A stretch of 64,000 nt of DNA from Minutocellus sp. GHC0000111 (Eukaryota). The notes beneath the pieces are model-generated. The model saw only the letters and a list, made by a program, of their open reading frames with translations, was not told the DNA's origin and ran no database searches. Within the stretch, counting starts at the first letter, position 1. Every line of letters starts with the position of its first letter. This document shows, piece after piece, positions 39,664-52,300 of the stretch. The position numbers were made by a program, and so were the translations under genes. The stretch spans positions 248,001-312,000 of the forward strand of contig OZ361259.1 in assembly GCA_977018835.1 (NCBI GenBank), written 5' to 3'.

Positions 39664-40953
39664 TTAGGCCTCCTCACACCATTTGTTCTCCTCGCGGACC
39701 TGGGCCTCCTCCTCGGGGCTGAAGTCGTTGGCGATGTTGAAGGTGCGGCGGATCTCCTCGGGGGTCTTGCCCTTGATCATGGAGGCGACGGTGGCGCAGG
39801 TCAGGTCGAGGAGGGGCTTGATGTCCATGTAGTTGGCGGCGAGGATGAGCTCGAAGAGGAGGACCTGCTCGACGTTGACGAAGTCAGCGTACCACTTCTG
39901 GACGACCTCGGACATGACGGCGGACTTGAGGGGCTTCTCGATCTCGGTCATGGGCTCGGCCTTGTGGTGCTCGCAGAAGTCGATGACCTTCTTGAGGACG
40001 GAGGCCTTGACGTTGGGGAGGGGGATCTCGGCGACGGCGTCGTCGTCGTCCCCGTCCTCGTCCATCATGGTCTTGACGAGCTCGGACATCTTGGCGACCT
40101 CGGCGGAGACCTCGAAGGAGTCTCCCTCCTTGCTGACCTGTTATGTATTACGACGGGCCGCGGGGCGGGAGGAACCAGATGGCATGGAAAATCGCACCGG
40201 CGATCGAGAGTTGGTTCGACGGGAGTGACGGGCCGGACCAGAACGGAACCGGACGATCGAAACCAAGAAGAGAAAGAGTACGTCAGTGTGAGATAGAGCG
40301 TGAGCCGGGGGACCATGAATGAACATACATAGATGATAGATACATCATAATGTGGTGTGGCCGAGAGCTTGCGGTCGTGCGGCGGGGGGACCCGAAAGGA
40401 TACGGCACATCACCAACTCCAAATGCAACTACAACCAATCAAAATGAAAATAAAATTCATTGGCCGAGACCGCAAACCACCCGAATAATTGGTCCGGATC
40501 GGTCGGACCGGAGGGGAGAGGCCGGCGATGCAAAGGTTCCACGGCCTGCCGACCGACCGCCCGATCGCAAAAATCCGCCACATTCATTTCTCAACAAATG
40601 CGGGGAATTTCCAAGGCACAAATCCAGACTTAATTATGAAGAAATGGGCCAACCGACCCGCAAACCGGCCGGACCGTCTCCCATTTTCAACCCTTGGAAA
40701 GGATGGAAGCACCGCCGGGACCGGTCCGGTCCGAACAAGGCTGGGCAAAGCCGGCCGATTCCAAAGCTCCCTCCGGCCTCCGGCCTCCCGCCTCCGACTG
40801 CGATTCTGTTCCCGTGGATTGGGGGTCGCGGACTCGACTCTCCCTCCTCAAACTGGACGGGGAAACCCCACAGAAACAAATTGATACGGCTGAACTAAAA
40901 CTTACAAGGTTGACCTTGGTGGTGTCGGCGTCGGCGGCGGCGGCTTCGGACAT
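39664..40953 (-). CDS. SKP1: SKP1, copy gamma (two fewer Asp in the acidic loop)
   Basis: Exons 40953-40906 and 40137-39664; EDGDDDDAV versus [11 protein letters not shown] in beta. Confidence 0.97.
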
Positions 40954-41794
40954 GGTTGTTGGTTGATAACGAGCGGGAAGGCTTGGAACAGCAAAAGGCA
41001 AAAAATCTGCAAAAATGAAGTGAGCCTGAAAACAGCAAAGAGTTGCAAAAGCCGAAAAGCCGAAGCGGCGCTGGAGCCCGGTGACGGCCAGACGACAATT
41101 TGGGCAATTGGACTCGCTCGACCTGGCATCATGCTTGGCGGGCGCGGGAGGCGAGGAACTTTCCCCAACGCACCTGCCGCCCGCTCCGATGGCATCATAT
41201 TCCTCCGCCACGGACCGTGGAAGGCCGTGGTATACTCAATACCGAACTCAATTTCGGAGTCGAGTGAACGGAAGAGTGATCCAAATCTGTTTCGCTTCCA
41301 CGGCTTTGTTGTTGTGCAACGCCGTCGTGCCTTGGGGGACGCACGCATGCATGCATCGCATGGGAGCAAAGCACATACATTTCATTCCTTCATCCATCCG
41401 AGTCAAAGGTGGCACCACTTTTGCACATGCATACATCTGCGTGCCGCACCCAATACACGAACAAAAGCACGCGTCCTGTGAGGTCGGAAAGATCCCCTTG
41501 AAGCTACGTACTTCGCACAATAACGAAAAAGGTCGGTCGGCGGAGCGGAGTGGTCGTCACTGACTGAAGCGAGGCAAAGCAAACATTAACGGTGTGTGAG
41601 ATAGCACCGAACTGATCACCGCTCGCTCGGCGCGTGGCAGCAGCGTGGAAGCACAAAAAGGAAGAGGGTGCAATTTACCTGCCGCCCAAACAAAAATAAA
41701 TATCGCAGCAATCGAACGGCGTGGACACCAATATAATAGCAGGTGCGAATATTAGTACCCGAGGAAAGATACCGTTTCGCATATCAATAGATAA

Positions 41795-44700
41795 ATGAAG
41801 GAAGCGTCGGGATCATCTGCATCGTCGGCCTTTGCCGACAAAGGCGGCAACATGAACAACGGCGGAAGTATCAATGGCACCAACGGCACCAATGGCAATG
41901 GCACAGGAGCTGCGGCGCCAAGAGTTGGCAGGCCGCATAATCTCGTTCGGGTATCCTCCGTCGATGCCGGGCGCGATCTGACCTCGGCCTATGGGAGCTC
42001 GTACGACGATGTGATGGACGGCGAATCGACGTCGGGAGAGGATGGCAACGGAGGCCTAGCGGAGGCAGAGAGGAGAAGGCTGGGCGTGGAACAGCCGACA
42101 ACTTCAACTGTCCCCGCTGCTGGAGATGGTGCAAAATCAACTTCCGTCGGTGGCGCCGTTAGAGGTAGCGTCAGGGATCAGCTCATTGGTGTGCAGCATC
42201 CGCCGCATCTTGTTGGTTCTTCCTCCTCGCAACAAAGGCAGCAGCATCAATCGCAGCATTCGTCGCGATCGAACCATTCCAGCGCCAGCAACTCGGTGGC
42301 ATCGTCCTCGGCGGCTCAGAGACGGAGGGGCTCACTCCGACGCAATCGGCACCGTCGTCGCGATTCGTACGACGGGGAGGACGACTTCAGCGGAAGCGAT
42401 GGAGAGTCGTCGTACTTCAGTGAGCATCAGGCCAGTCCCAAAAGCGGCAGTACAACACCGACCGCCTCGGCAATGGCGGCGGCTGCTGCTGCTGCGAAGC
42501 AGCATGCTAGTGGGGTGCCGTCGGCCAGACCTGTATCGATGGGTGTGGCATCAAATGCCAATGTGAATGCAAATGCGTTGCCTCAGGTGCCATCCCTTGG
42601 CTTGCCGTATCTTTCGCATCAGCAGCAGTTGACTGGTAGCAGTATGGATAACCTTGACACCAGCCTTAGCTTCTCAGATGATGACGACGACAACGACGTT
42701 GGGAACGGCGGTAACACTACTCGGCTCGGAGGCATCCCGTCTCAGCAACCAAGGCCTCATCACAATGTTCCACGGCTTCATCGACGATCCAGCTCGGACG
42801 AGCAATTGCAGCTGTATACGAGGACAGTGGAAAGAGGGACGTCGGCGCAATCCGTTTCCAGTATCGTTTCTAGCTCTTCGGACGAAGCGGCAGGTCCAGA
42901 ACCAGCCGTTTACAATGCCGGACCGGGTTCTCGAGAGGCTCCGCCCTCTGTGTCCATACCGACCATTCCCCGTGGCGCTGCTAGTGGCAGAGGCAATCCC
43001 CGCACTCCGCGCGATCCCTCCGAAGCGACGCACAGTACAGATGGATCAAGGGAACAAAGATATGCCCAAGCACCATCCGGCGCTGGCGCCGATGCTAGTA
43101 TGGATGATTCCACTGTCTTCTCTTCTTCGGCGACGTCTCCATCATCTGAATTCACCTCCAGTACGAGCAGTGATCCTTCCGTGAGGAGTGAGCTGCGAGA
43201 GATTGGAGTTCAAGGAAGCTTCGAGGGTGCAGAGAGTGGTCGTTCCAGCGGCAGGCGGAAGCCTATCAAGGACGTCGGTGAAATAAGTGGGGCAACTCCT
43301 AGCTCAATGGATGGACGGCAGCAGGCGTCGTCGCGACAGTCCTTGCAGCCCCCACATATCTCCACAAATTCAGATGGTGCACAGGCTACTGCCGCACATC
43401 CTCACGCGGAAAGGATGCCTCCCGCCAGCCAAGATCAAATGGCACAAACTTGGATCTCGATGGCATCTGTACCAACCAAGCCTCCATCGTCACCAGGAGC
43501 AGCTCACAGTCCGAGCAGACGAGCAGCGACTGACCGTGGTGGTAGCGTGCTTTCATCTACAGCGTCTCGCACGACCAGTCTAAGTGATGGAGGCCACAGT
43601 CACTACTTTGCAACACAATCATCTCATCCTTCTGGCTCAACATTGAACATGCACTACTCTGAAGATGATGATACTGCTGGCGAAGGTGGCTTTAGTAGAC
43701 ATGTCAGCCATGCAATGGGAAATAGCCGGGGGCGAAACGGGGATTTGAATCTCTCTGAAGATGCCCAACGGGGCAACCGACGCGCCATGTTTGCCGATAG
43801 CAAAATTAGCAATGCTTCTGGAAAGGAGAGTTCTATGGGAGGGGGCGGAGGGGATGTTGTGGCTGGTAGTTTTCGGGTCTACTGGCGCCGATGGCTAATG
43901 CTCATGTATATGTCTCTCCTCAATCTTCTATCTGATTGGACTTGTTACTCTGTTGCGCCGATCGCGGTGCTCACCTCTGAAGCATTTGGTGCCATCGACC
44001 CCGAAAGCCTAGTTACGATCTTTCTGTCTGCCAATGCAGTTGCAAGTGGTCTGGAACCCATCATTCTGGGTCGTCTTGGCCTCCGACGAACAGTCGTTTT
44101 TGGATCACTCCTCCTCATGTTGGGTAGTATCGTCAAATCGGGAGGGCTGCCTCTACTCATGCCTAGGTGAGATTTTTGGCAATTTTTTTGTTCTTCCTCC
44201 TTACGACAGTACTAGTAATATCCATGCAGGGCCCTAACGGCAACTTTTTTCTCTTGCTCATCATTATTCTTCCCCCCAGCACCCTTGAGAAAGGCCATGG
44301 CGAATGGCGAGTGTATCTAGGCTTCTTCCTTGTTGGACTCTCCCAACCTCTTTATCAGTGCACGCCGGCATTGCTATCAACGTCATGGTTTCCCGAGAAA
44401 GAAAGAACAATGGCAACTGGAGTTGCTCTGAACTCCAACCAGCTCGGCATTGGTTTTGCTTTTGTATTCGGTACTTTACTCGTTGGTAATTCCGATGACA
44501 TCATCCCTTACTTCGAGCTACTGAGCCTCATTAGCACTCTCGTTTTTGTTGGATGCGCTCTTCAGTTCGATGATGCCCCGCCGACGCCGCCTTCTGATAC
44601 AGCGCGAGTCATTCGAGGAACTTTCGAGATGGACATTCCTTCGCTGGGTCAGTTCCAGGATACCATCAGCCAAAGTGTCCGTTATCTAAGCAAGAGTGTT

Positions 44701-47278
44701 CGCAATCTCGGCACCGGTGGGAGTGGAATGCACCGATCTTCTGGGTCGCTCAAAAGTCTTGGAAGTAGGAGCAGCGGGCGAATGGAGCGTTCTTCCCGTC
44801 ACTCTAGAAGAGCGAGCCAAGAGAGTGTCGGCTCTGAAGGTGGTGGCACAAAATCAACTCGAGCTAAGAGTACTACCAACAAAAGTATTGATCCGGTGTC
44901 GGGTGCATTCCGCACAGCTGCACCTGTCAACAGAGAACGCACCAGATCAAGAGACTCGGCACGTTCGACTGATGCTTCCCGGAGGCGTTCCAAGCGCCGG
45001 GGATCGGGCAGCATGGGGGGTTCCATGTCAGGTAATCGGGTGCGAACGAGTAGTGAACATAGCACTGGCAGCTTGAGCAGTAGCGCCCCCCTCGCTAGTA
45101 CTGGCAGACCTCGCCGCGCCGAGAGACAGGCATCAGGCGGTAGCCGCGGTGGATCAGGAAGCCGCCGAAGAAGCTCCGACGCACGAAGGTCTTCAGGAAG
45201 CAAGGGCAGATCTTCTGGAGGTCGTAGATCATCGAAGGGCGGTGGAGAAAGCGCCAAACAACAACATCGACAAACATCATCTGGCACACGTCAGACGGCT
45301 TCGGCTGACTTTGGCTTCCTAACAGGGCCTGTGGCACCAGCTCCCTCTCCTGCCATTTCAGATGGCCAGCCAACACGGTCGGCAATAGATAATATTACCG
45401 CTATGGAGCGCGAAGCTGCAGAATTGGGCTTTTTTGGCCCACCGCCGTCTCCTGTGATGGCTGGTCCGAACGCACATGACGGCGATGGTGTCTCCGGCCC
45501 CGACTCTGGGGGTGGAGGCGGCACTGACGAGCATTCGCAACGGCCTCGACAAGAGGGTCTCGCACCTGTGCCTCCCCCGAACTCAGGGACGCCACCTCGG
45601 CCAGGCAGGGGCCGTCCTCGAGGACAACCACATCGCGAATTGACTCCCGATGCCGATGAAGGTAGTGATGGTCAAATTCCTCCTGGCTCTCCGTTTCCAC
45701 ACCTTCAGTATGATAGTCAAGCAATGCATCAGCAGCAGTATCAGCAGCAGTATCCTCAGCAGTATTCTCACTTTGGACTAGAAGGAACCAGCGGCGTGTA
45801 CACAGCACCAGATGGGCAGGTTGTTTACTACGGAATGCAAGCACCAGGCTCCATCTCCGCGGGGGGTGGCTATTACCCGCAGCAGCCACAGATGATGATG
45901 CCATTGCAAGGACCACCTGCAGCCGCGCCATACTTCAGCCCATATCAGTACGGTTCTGTACCATATTATCATCAGCGGCCGCCACCCGTCTATTTTGACC
46001 AACGCGGTGGGCAGTATTCGATGATGCATCAGACATATCCATCGCTACCTGAAACGGAGAATCCACTTGACGAGGGTGCAGAACCTGTTCTGACCCTCAC
46101 GGCCCACAAGCTCGACATTGATATTCGCGACGATCAGATTCTTCTCTCGCTCCGAGCCTGTTTTTCCCGGCCGGGCTTCATTCACTGCTTAGCCTCGTTT
46201 ACGGTCAGTGGCATTGTCATCAATACGCTCAGGTGAGACACTTGTTATAGTAGAATAAATTCCCAGCTGTCCAGCTTGTTCGTTTGATTAGCATTGCCCA
46301 TGCCTCGACTGGGGAAGACCTCGTGATTTTTTTCCCATGCAATAAGCTCAAGCCTGCTTTTTCGTTTTGGTTGGGCACCTTTTTCTTTCTACCCTTTTTT
46401 GCCAAAACAGCACCTACATGGACTATCTGGTTCGATTGGGAGGTGCCGGTAGAGAATATGTCGGTGTGGTTGGAGGTCTCTTCCAGCTGCTTATAATGAT
46501 ATCCTCCTTAGTAATTGGTGGCTTTACCGACCGAACCAGGGCTTACTATTCAGTGTCGATGGCCATGCTGGTGCTCGGAGCCTTTGCCCTCGCTGAATGC
46601 GGGGTAAATCTGGACGAGGATCGAGGAAATGGTCTCCGATGGTCGTTACTGGTAGTTGGCATCCTCGTCGGCCCTCTTCAACCTATATCAACTGAGCTCG
46701 GTGTCGATGTTGTCTACCCTTTGAGTGAAAATACAGTTCTGGTCATCCAACAACTCTTTGCCAACCTACTAAGCGCCATGTTCATTCCTATCTTCAAGGC
46801 TCTCAAGGACGTGGATTTCAACAGGGATCCAGATCTACCTGAACAACCAGAGTATACCTTTTCCTTTTACTTGCTCATCATACTGCACGCGGGCATAACC
46901 TTCTTCTTCGCGACGTTCAACGGTCGGTACTTGCGTCTTGAGGCCGAGCTTGAGAAGAAACGGAAGAAGGAGGAAGAGGAAGCTCGGGAGGCGTACATGA
47001 AAGGCATGTCCGCAGATGGTGCCCCATTTGGCCACGAAGAGGCGGTAGGATCCTTCGAGCCCGTCTCTTACGATGCTTCATCGTACCGATACCACTCCCA
47101 GCTCCATCACCACCAGCAACAACAGCGACTGCAGCAGATGTATCAGTACCAATACAATCCATACTACGCTAGCAGCGGCGGAGGACAAGCCTTTGCCTAT
47201 GGTGGCGAGCGTCAGCAACAGCAGCAAGAGCAGGAGCAACACGGAGAGCACGAGCCTCTCATGGCACAACGAAATTAA
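41795..47278 (+). CDS. FLVCR/SLC49-like MFS transporter, intact copy gamma, about 1730 aa
   Basis: Exons 41795-44166, 44280-46232 and 46411-47278 splice in frame (5193 nt). Full Gln/Tyr-rich tail ending EPLMAQRN*. Confidence 0.9.
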
Positions 47279-47474
47279 ATAAATTCATAAAGAAAGTACA
47301 ACAAACCCAGTCAAGTCACGATGCGATAAATGTGTTGCCAAGCCGCGCGCATGCATTGCAATTGATTTCATAGTTTAATATTAATATATCTCTTGAGATA
47401 TTCTAATTGATTTTGTGTATTAAGCGGAGCTTGTATACTACTACGTGTAGGTATTTGTACCAATAAGAATGCAT

Positions 47475-48731
47475 TTATTTATCCAAAATTTCTTCTCTTT
47501 CACCATTATCATCAGGGCCAATACAAGCCATGCACGACAAGGGACAATTCCGAAGCATGAATTCCCTCTTGTCGTCGTGTCACCGCCCTTTGCCAGCCCA
47601 AAATGCACAGTTCGGGGAGACGTTGGCACAACCAGCCCTCTGGTCATCGGTAACATCATCTGCTAGCATGACCCGTCTCAAATACTGATCCATCTGTCGC
47701 AAATTGTCTCTTGCCCCCTCCCGTTCTTGCGGTGTGCCAGCAATGTCTTGGTACGGTCCCAACCGGAGTCTTTGGTATATTCTGCTCCTTCTAAGTTCAT
47801 CTTCAGCCCCATCATCAGACGGGGCGCAAAAGTAGCAACTTCTGCGACATTTGGCCAACATGGTGCCCCTCTCGACCAAGCAGTCTCCACGGGCCACGTA
47901 GTCGTGACAATTTTTGAAGACGTCCTCACAAGCAACCGCTGCATCGGCACCGGTACCGGCACCGGCACCGCCGCACAACCCACAGCTAGCCGCGCACATC
48001 CTGGACATGAAGGGGACGTTCCTTCGGCACTCCCCGCCCTGCGCCCAGTACTTGCACTTGTAGTTCCTGTCGCGGCATCCTCCATCGTCGTCTTCTTCAT
48101 AGTCGTCGTCGTCTTCGTCGTAATATTCGTCTTCTTCATATTCTTCATCGTCTTCTTCGTAATATTCCGAGCCATAATAATCATCATCGCCGCTGTCTTT
48201 GTCGTCACCATAATCATCATTATCACCGTCATCGCAGGCATCGCAGCTGAGGGCGCAGTGACTTCGCATGTAGATGGCGTTATTGTCGCACTCTCCCTTG
48301 GCCGCCCAGTACGGACACCGCTCGTTGAGGTCGCGGCAGTTATTGTTATTGTTGTTGTTGTTGTTGTTGCCATTGTGATCGTTCTGGTCGTTGTCATCAT
48401 CATCAGCTGCATCTCGAGCACCATCGTCAACACCATCGCCGCCGCTGCCGCCGCTGCCGCCGTCGGTCGTCCCATCATCAGCAGCAGCAGTGCCGCCCGA
48501 TCCGCCGTCGATGCATGTACTCGAACTAGTATCCTCCTCGACGGAGGCCCCGTCCTCGGATGCCGAGGAGGAGGAGGAGGAGGCCGGCTGGGCCGCAACC
48601 AACAGTAATTGGAGCGACGATGTGCCATCGCCGGTAGGGAACCAGCAGCAGCTCACAAGCAGCAGGAGGACCACCACCGCCACCAGCGGTACCGCCGGGG
48701 GGCGGCGCGCCGCCGCTGCTGCTGCCATCAT
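47475..48731 (-). CDS. Secreted four-ShKT-domain protein, copy gamma; no frameshift, but an in-frame TGA at 47580-47582 falls inside domain 4
   Basis: Continuous ORF from ATG 48731. After the TGA the same frame gives HDDKREFMLRNCPLSCMAC...ILDK* (TAA 47475-47477). Confidence 0.85.
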
Positions 48732-49315
48732 CTTTGCGGGTAAGTAAGTAAACAAAATAAATGAGGGAGCGAGCCTACGATTACGCTTACGCTTACCTAG
48801 GTACAGGAATCACCGATGACCCAAGAGCTTCTAACTGGGGAGCGCGGAGCGCGGGCCCGCCAAAGCACTCCGTGCGTGAGCGAGGCGAGGACACAAGGCA
48901 GCAGCAGGCAACACGACCAGCCGAAGACGAGCCGACGCGGGAGGCAGTCATACCACTTGGTACATGTAACAACTCCCCCGACTGCTGTGCTTGTTTCAGT
49001 ACACCCACTCCATTTATTCATATTTTGTTTGCAGCATATCGGTGCCCTTGCCTCGAGTTGGCAGCACATCTTGTGCTGAATTTGGGGCTTTTTGAATTTT
49101 TGCGGGACCCAGCAAGCGCCCAAAAAATTGGAACCGCGCTTGGCGAGGAGAAAGCAATTGGAGAAAGTCAAGTGAGCGTGGAAGTGCCGGCGGTAGCGTA
49201 GGCCCCGGAGCTACCACTACTCCAGAGAAGAACATTCTGAGCCGACACACAACAGCACTTGCTTCACGTCACTTGACTTGTTTTGTCCATTCCATTATCA
49301 TTCATTGTATCAGTC

Positions 49316-52300
49316 ATGCGCCGCCCCCGCACCGAGATGGCCGCCAATTCCAATCGTCCAGCTGCTGTTGCCGGCAGCACCGACAGTCCCCTCCACGCCA
49401 GGATCGTCCGGTCCAACCAGGCGGCGGCGCTGTACCGCGCCGGACGGTACGAGGAGGCCGTGGGTTTGTACCGATCGGCGCTGAGCGATGCCGAGTGCAA
49501 CCACCCGGCCGTCGTCGTCATGGAAGCGTCGATGAATAATAGGAGGGGCGGCGGTGATATTGGTATTGGAGGGATGGGCACTGGCAGCGGGGAGGAGCGG
49601 CTCGATCTGGACCAGCTCCTCGACATGATCAACCGGGCCGCCACTTCGCACAACCTTGGGTTGGCGCAGAGTGCCGCCGCTGCCGCCGCATCGGCAGCTG
49701 CCCCATCGGCACCTACAAGAACTGTACAACAAGAGGGGAGGGACTCGCTGCCGTCGTACCGCAAATCGGCGGCCCTGTACCGGCTGTGCCATGCCCTGGT
49801 CTCCTCGGGCCGGGTGCGGGAGGCGCAGATGCTGGAACGGGAGAAGTTGTCCTCGTTCCTCCGTGACTTGGACAACAACAACAACGGCAATGACAACAAC
49901 AACATCAATGGTAACAACAATAGCAGTGGTCGACGGCTGATCTGCGCCGAGATCCACGCGGCGAGGTCCCTCCTGGCCACGGCCGGGGCGCTGGCGGAAC
50001 GGTCCGACGTCGACGGGACCATCCACTGCCACGAGGAGCTCGTGAGCTTCCTCCTGGGGGACGACGCCAACGACAATGACAACGGCAACGACGGCGATGG
50101 CAACGACATTGACGACGATGATAATGCTATTGGTGGTGCTGTTGGCGATGCCGGGGATCAGAACAGCCTCTTGGACGATGGTGGATCGGTGGATGGGGAT
50201 GACAGCGGCGGCGTTGCGAGGCCGACGGAAGAAGACGCGAGTGCAGATGCAGATGCTAAAGACGGCGGTCCACCGGCCATGATGAGTCCATCTTCTTCCG
50301 CCTTCTCGACCACTGTGGGAGGAGATGATAACGACAAGGACATCGGTGCTACCAGCACTGCCGCCAACATAGCTACTGCTGGTCGTGTGCGCGCAACCGC
50401 ACCGCTCTTTGTGACCATGAACGAGCATCAGAGGATGCGCCTGATATCCAACTCCCTCAACGCCCTGGGCAATTTGTACTCCCGCCGGGGGGACGACGAG
50501 GATGCCATCGTGTCGTTCATCGACGCGTTGGATCTGCTCCGGTCCATCGAGGATCCCGTGGGGATCGTCGACGACGACCCGACCGCTACCAACACCAACG
50601 CCAACGCCAACAGCCGCAACGGCGATGTCGGAATGGACGCACGAAATGACAATGACGATGATGATAATATCAACGCATCAGGGACAACAACGATTGACAT
50701 TCGAGATGACATCGCTCGAACCCTCTTGAGCCTGTCGACGCTGCATGGGCGGAGAGGTGAGCTCGATGATGCCATCGAGTACGGCGAAGAGGCATTGGCG
50801 GTCCTTATGGAGCGGCATGGAGATTCCGATGCCAGGGAAGAAGAGGGCGAGGACGGACCCAACCGTCATCCCGCTGTCCTCTCTGCGTTGCATGCGCTGG
50901 GACGGCTCTACGATCTCGACGGTGATTTTGACAATGCCATGGCATGCTACGAGGACTCGTTTCTTGGCAGGTGCAAAACCGTCGGCAGTGATGACATCTG
51001 TGTCGCAGATGTGTTGGTGGACATGTCGTCAGCTCTGCAGAGAACCGGAAACAACGTCGATGGCGCCTTGGAGCTGAATTCTCAGGCCCTTCGAATATAC
51101 CGTCTCCTTTTGACGCAAGAGGACGGCGATGGACGTGCCGAAGGAGCAAATCATCGCGCGAACCAGCGGAAGTGTAAGGTCTGTCTGGCAGGAACGTTGC
51201 AGAATCGTGGTTCCATGTACATGGAGAAGAACAATTACGATGAGGCCCTCATTTGCTATGCAGATGCTATGGAAAGTCTTAGAGAAGCCAAGGGAAAGGA
51301 CCATCCCGACGTTGCTGCACTTTGGGCAGTCATGGGCGATGCGAACGTCGTCGGGGAAAGATTCGATGTGGCCAAGGATTGTTACGCTGCCGCACTTGAG
51401 GCTCATAGGATGAGAGGCCTGGAAGATACGGAGTCCCCGATACTGTGGATGCTCCAAAAGATAAGAGTCATCGAAGACATTGTGGCGAGTGCTCACAAGG
51501 AAGACGATGAATTCATTGAAGATCTTGCAACTCGTGCAGAAGATGTTCCTGAAGATGAATCAAGCCCGAGGAGATCAACGAAGGCGGCAGAGCAAGATGC
51601 CGGCGCAACGGTTAAGGCCGACCAAGATTTCCTGAATGAGTTTGCAACGACTGCCGGAAGTGAGTCCAAAGAATCTCCCCAGCAACGCGCCAAACGTCTT
51701 TTAGTGCAGCAGGAGGAAGATGCGCAATTTATGCGAGAGATCGATGCCGTATCGCCTCAAGACAATCGCCCCCCAAGCCGCACAAATGAGCAACTTTCTT
51801 CTCTTCTCCAAGAAGAACAAGCCTTCCTTGCTGAATTGGCCTCAGGTACCATGAGTGATGATGATCATAAAGATATCACTGCTGTAAGCAGACAACAACC
51901 TCCAAAGCAGCCGATGCCAAATCTTAACAAAGAGTATTCATTGAAGGAAAAGTCTCCGCCACAAGTGCGCTCTCCCAAAGGTCTCGAGCTTACTGAAGAG
52001 GTAGAATCCGTTGCGGGTCCAGCTGGAATAAAAGAAATCATCCCACAAGCCAGTGCGGATGATACAGTTTCTCTCATCACTTTCAAGGAGGAAGCAATGT
52101 TGAGCAATGCAGGAAATGGAAATGGAAAGCGCGGGCCTTCCCAACGGCCGAATATTCATCGCTCAAAGTATGGCAGCGGTAAGTCCCAGCAGGCAGATTG
52201 GCTGACGAATACTCTCGGTAACATTGTGGAACAGGCAGATAATTTTCTACGGCCGTTGGCAGAACATCCGCAGCAACAATCCAGAGATACTAGGCCTAGT

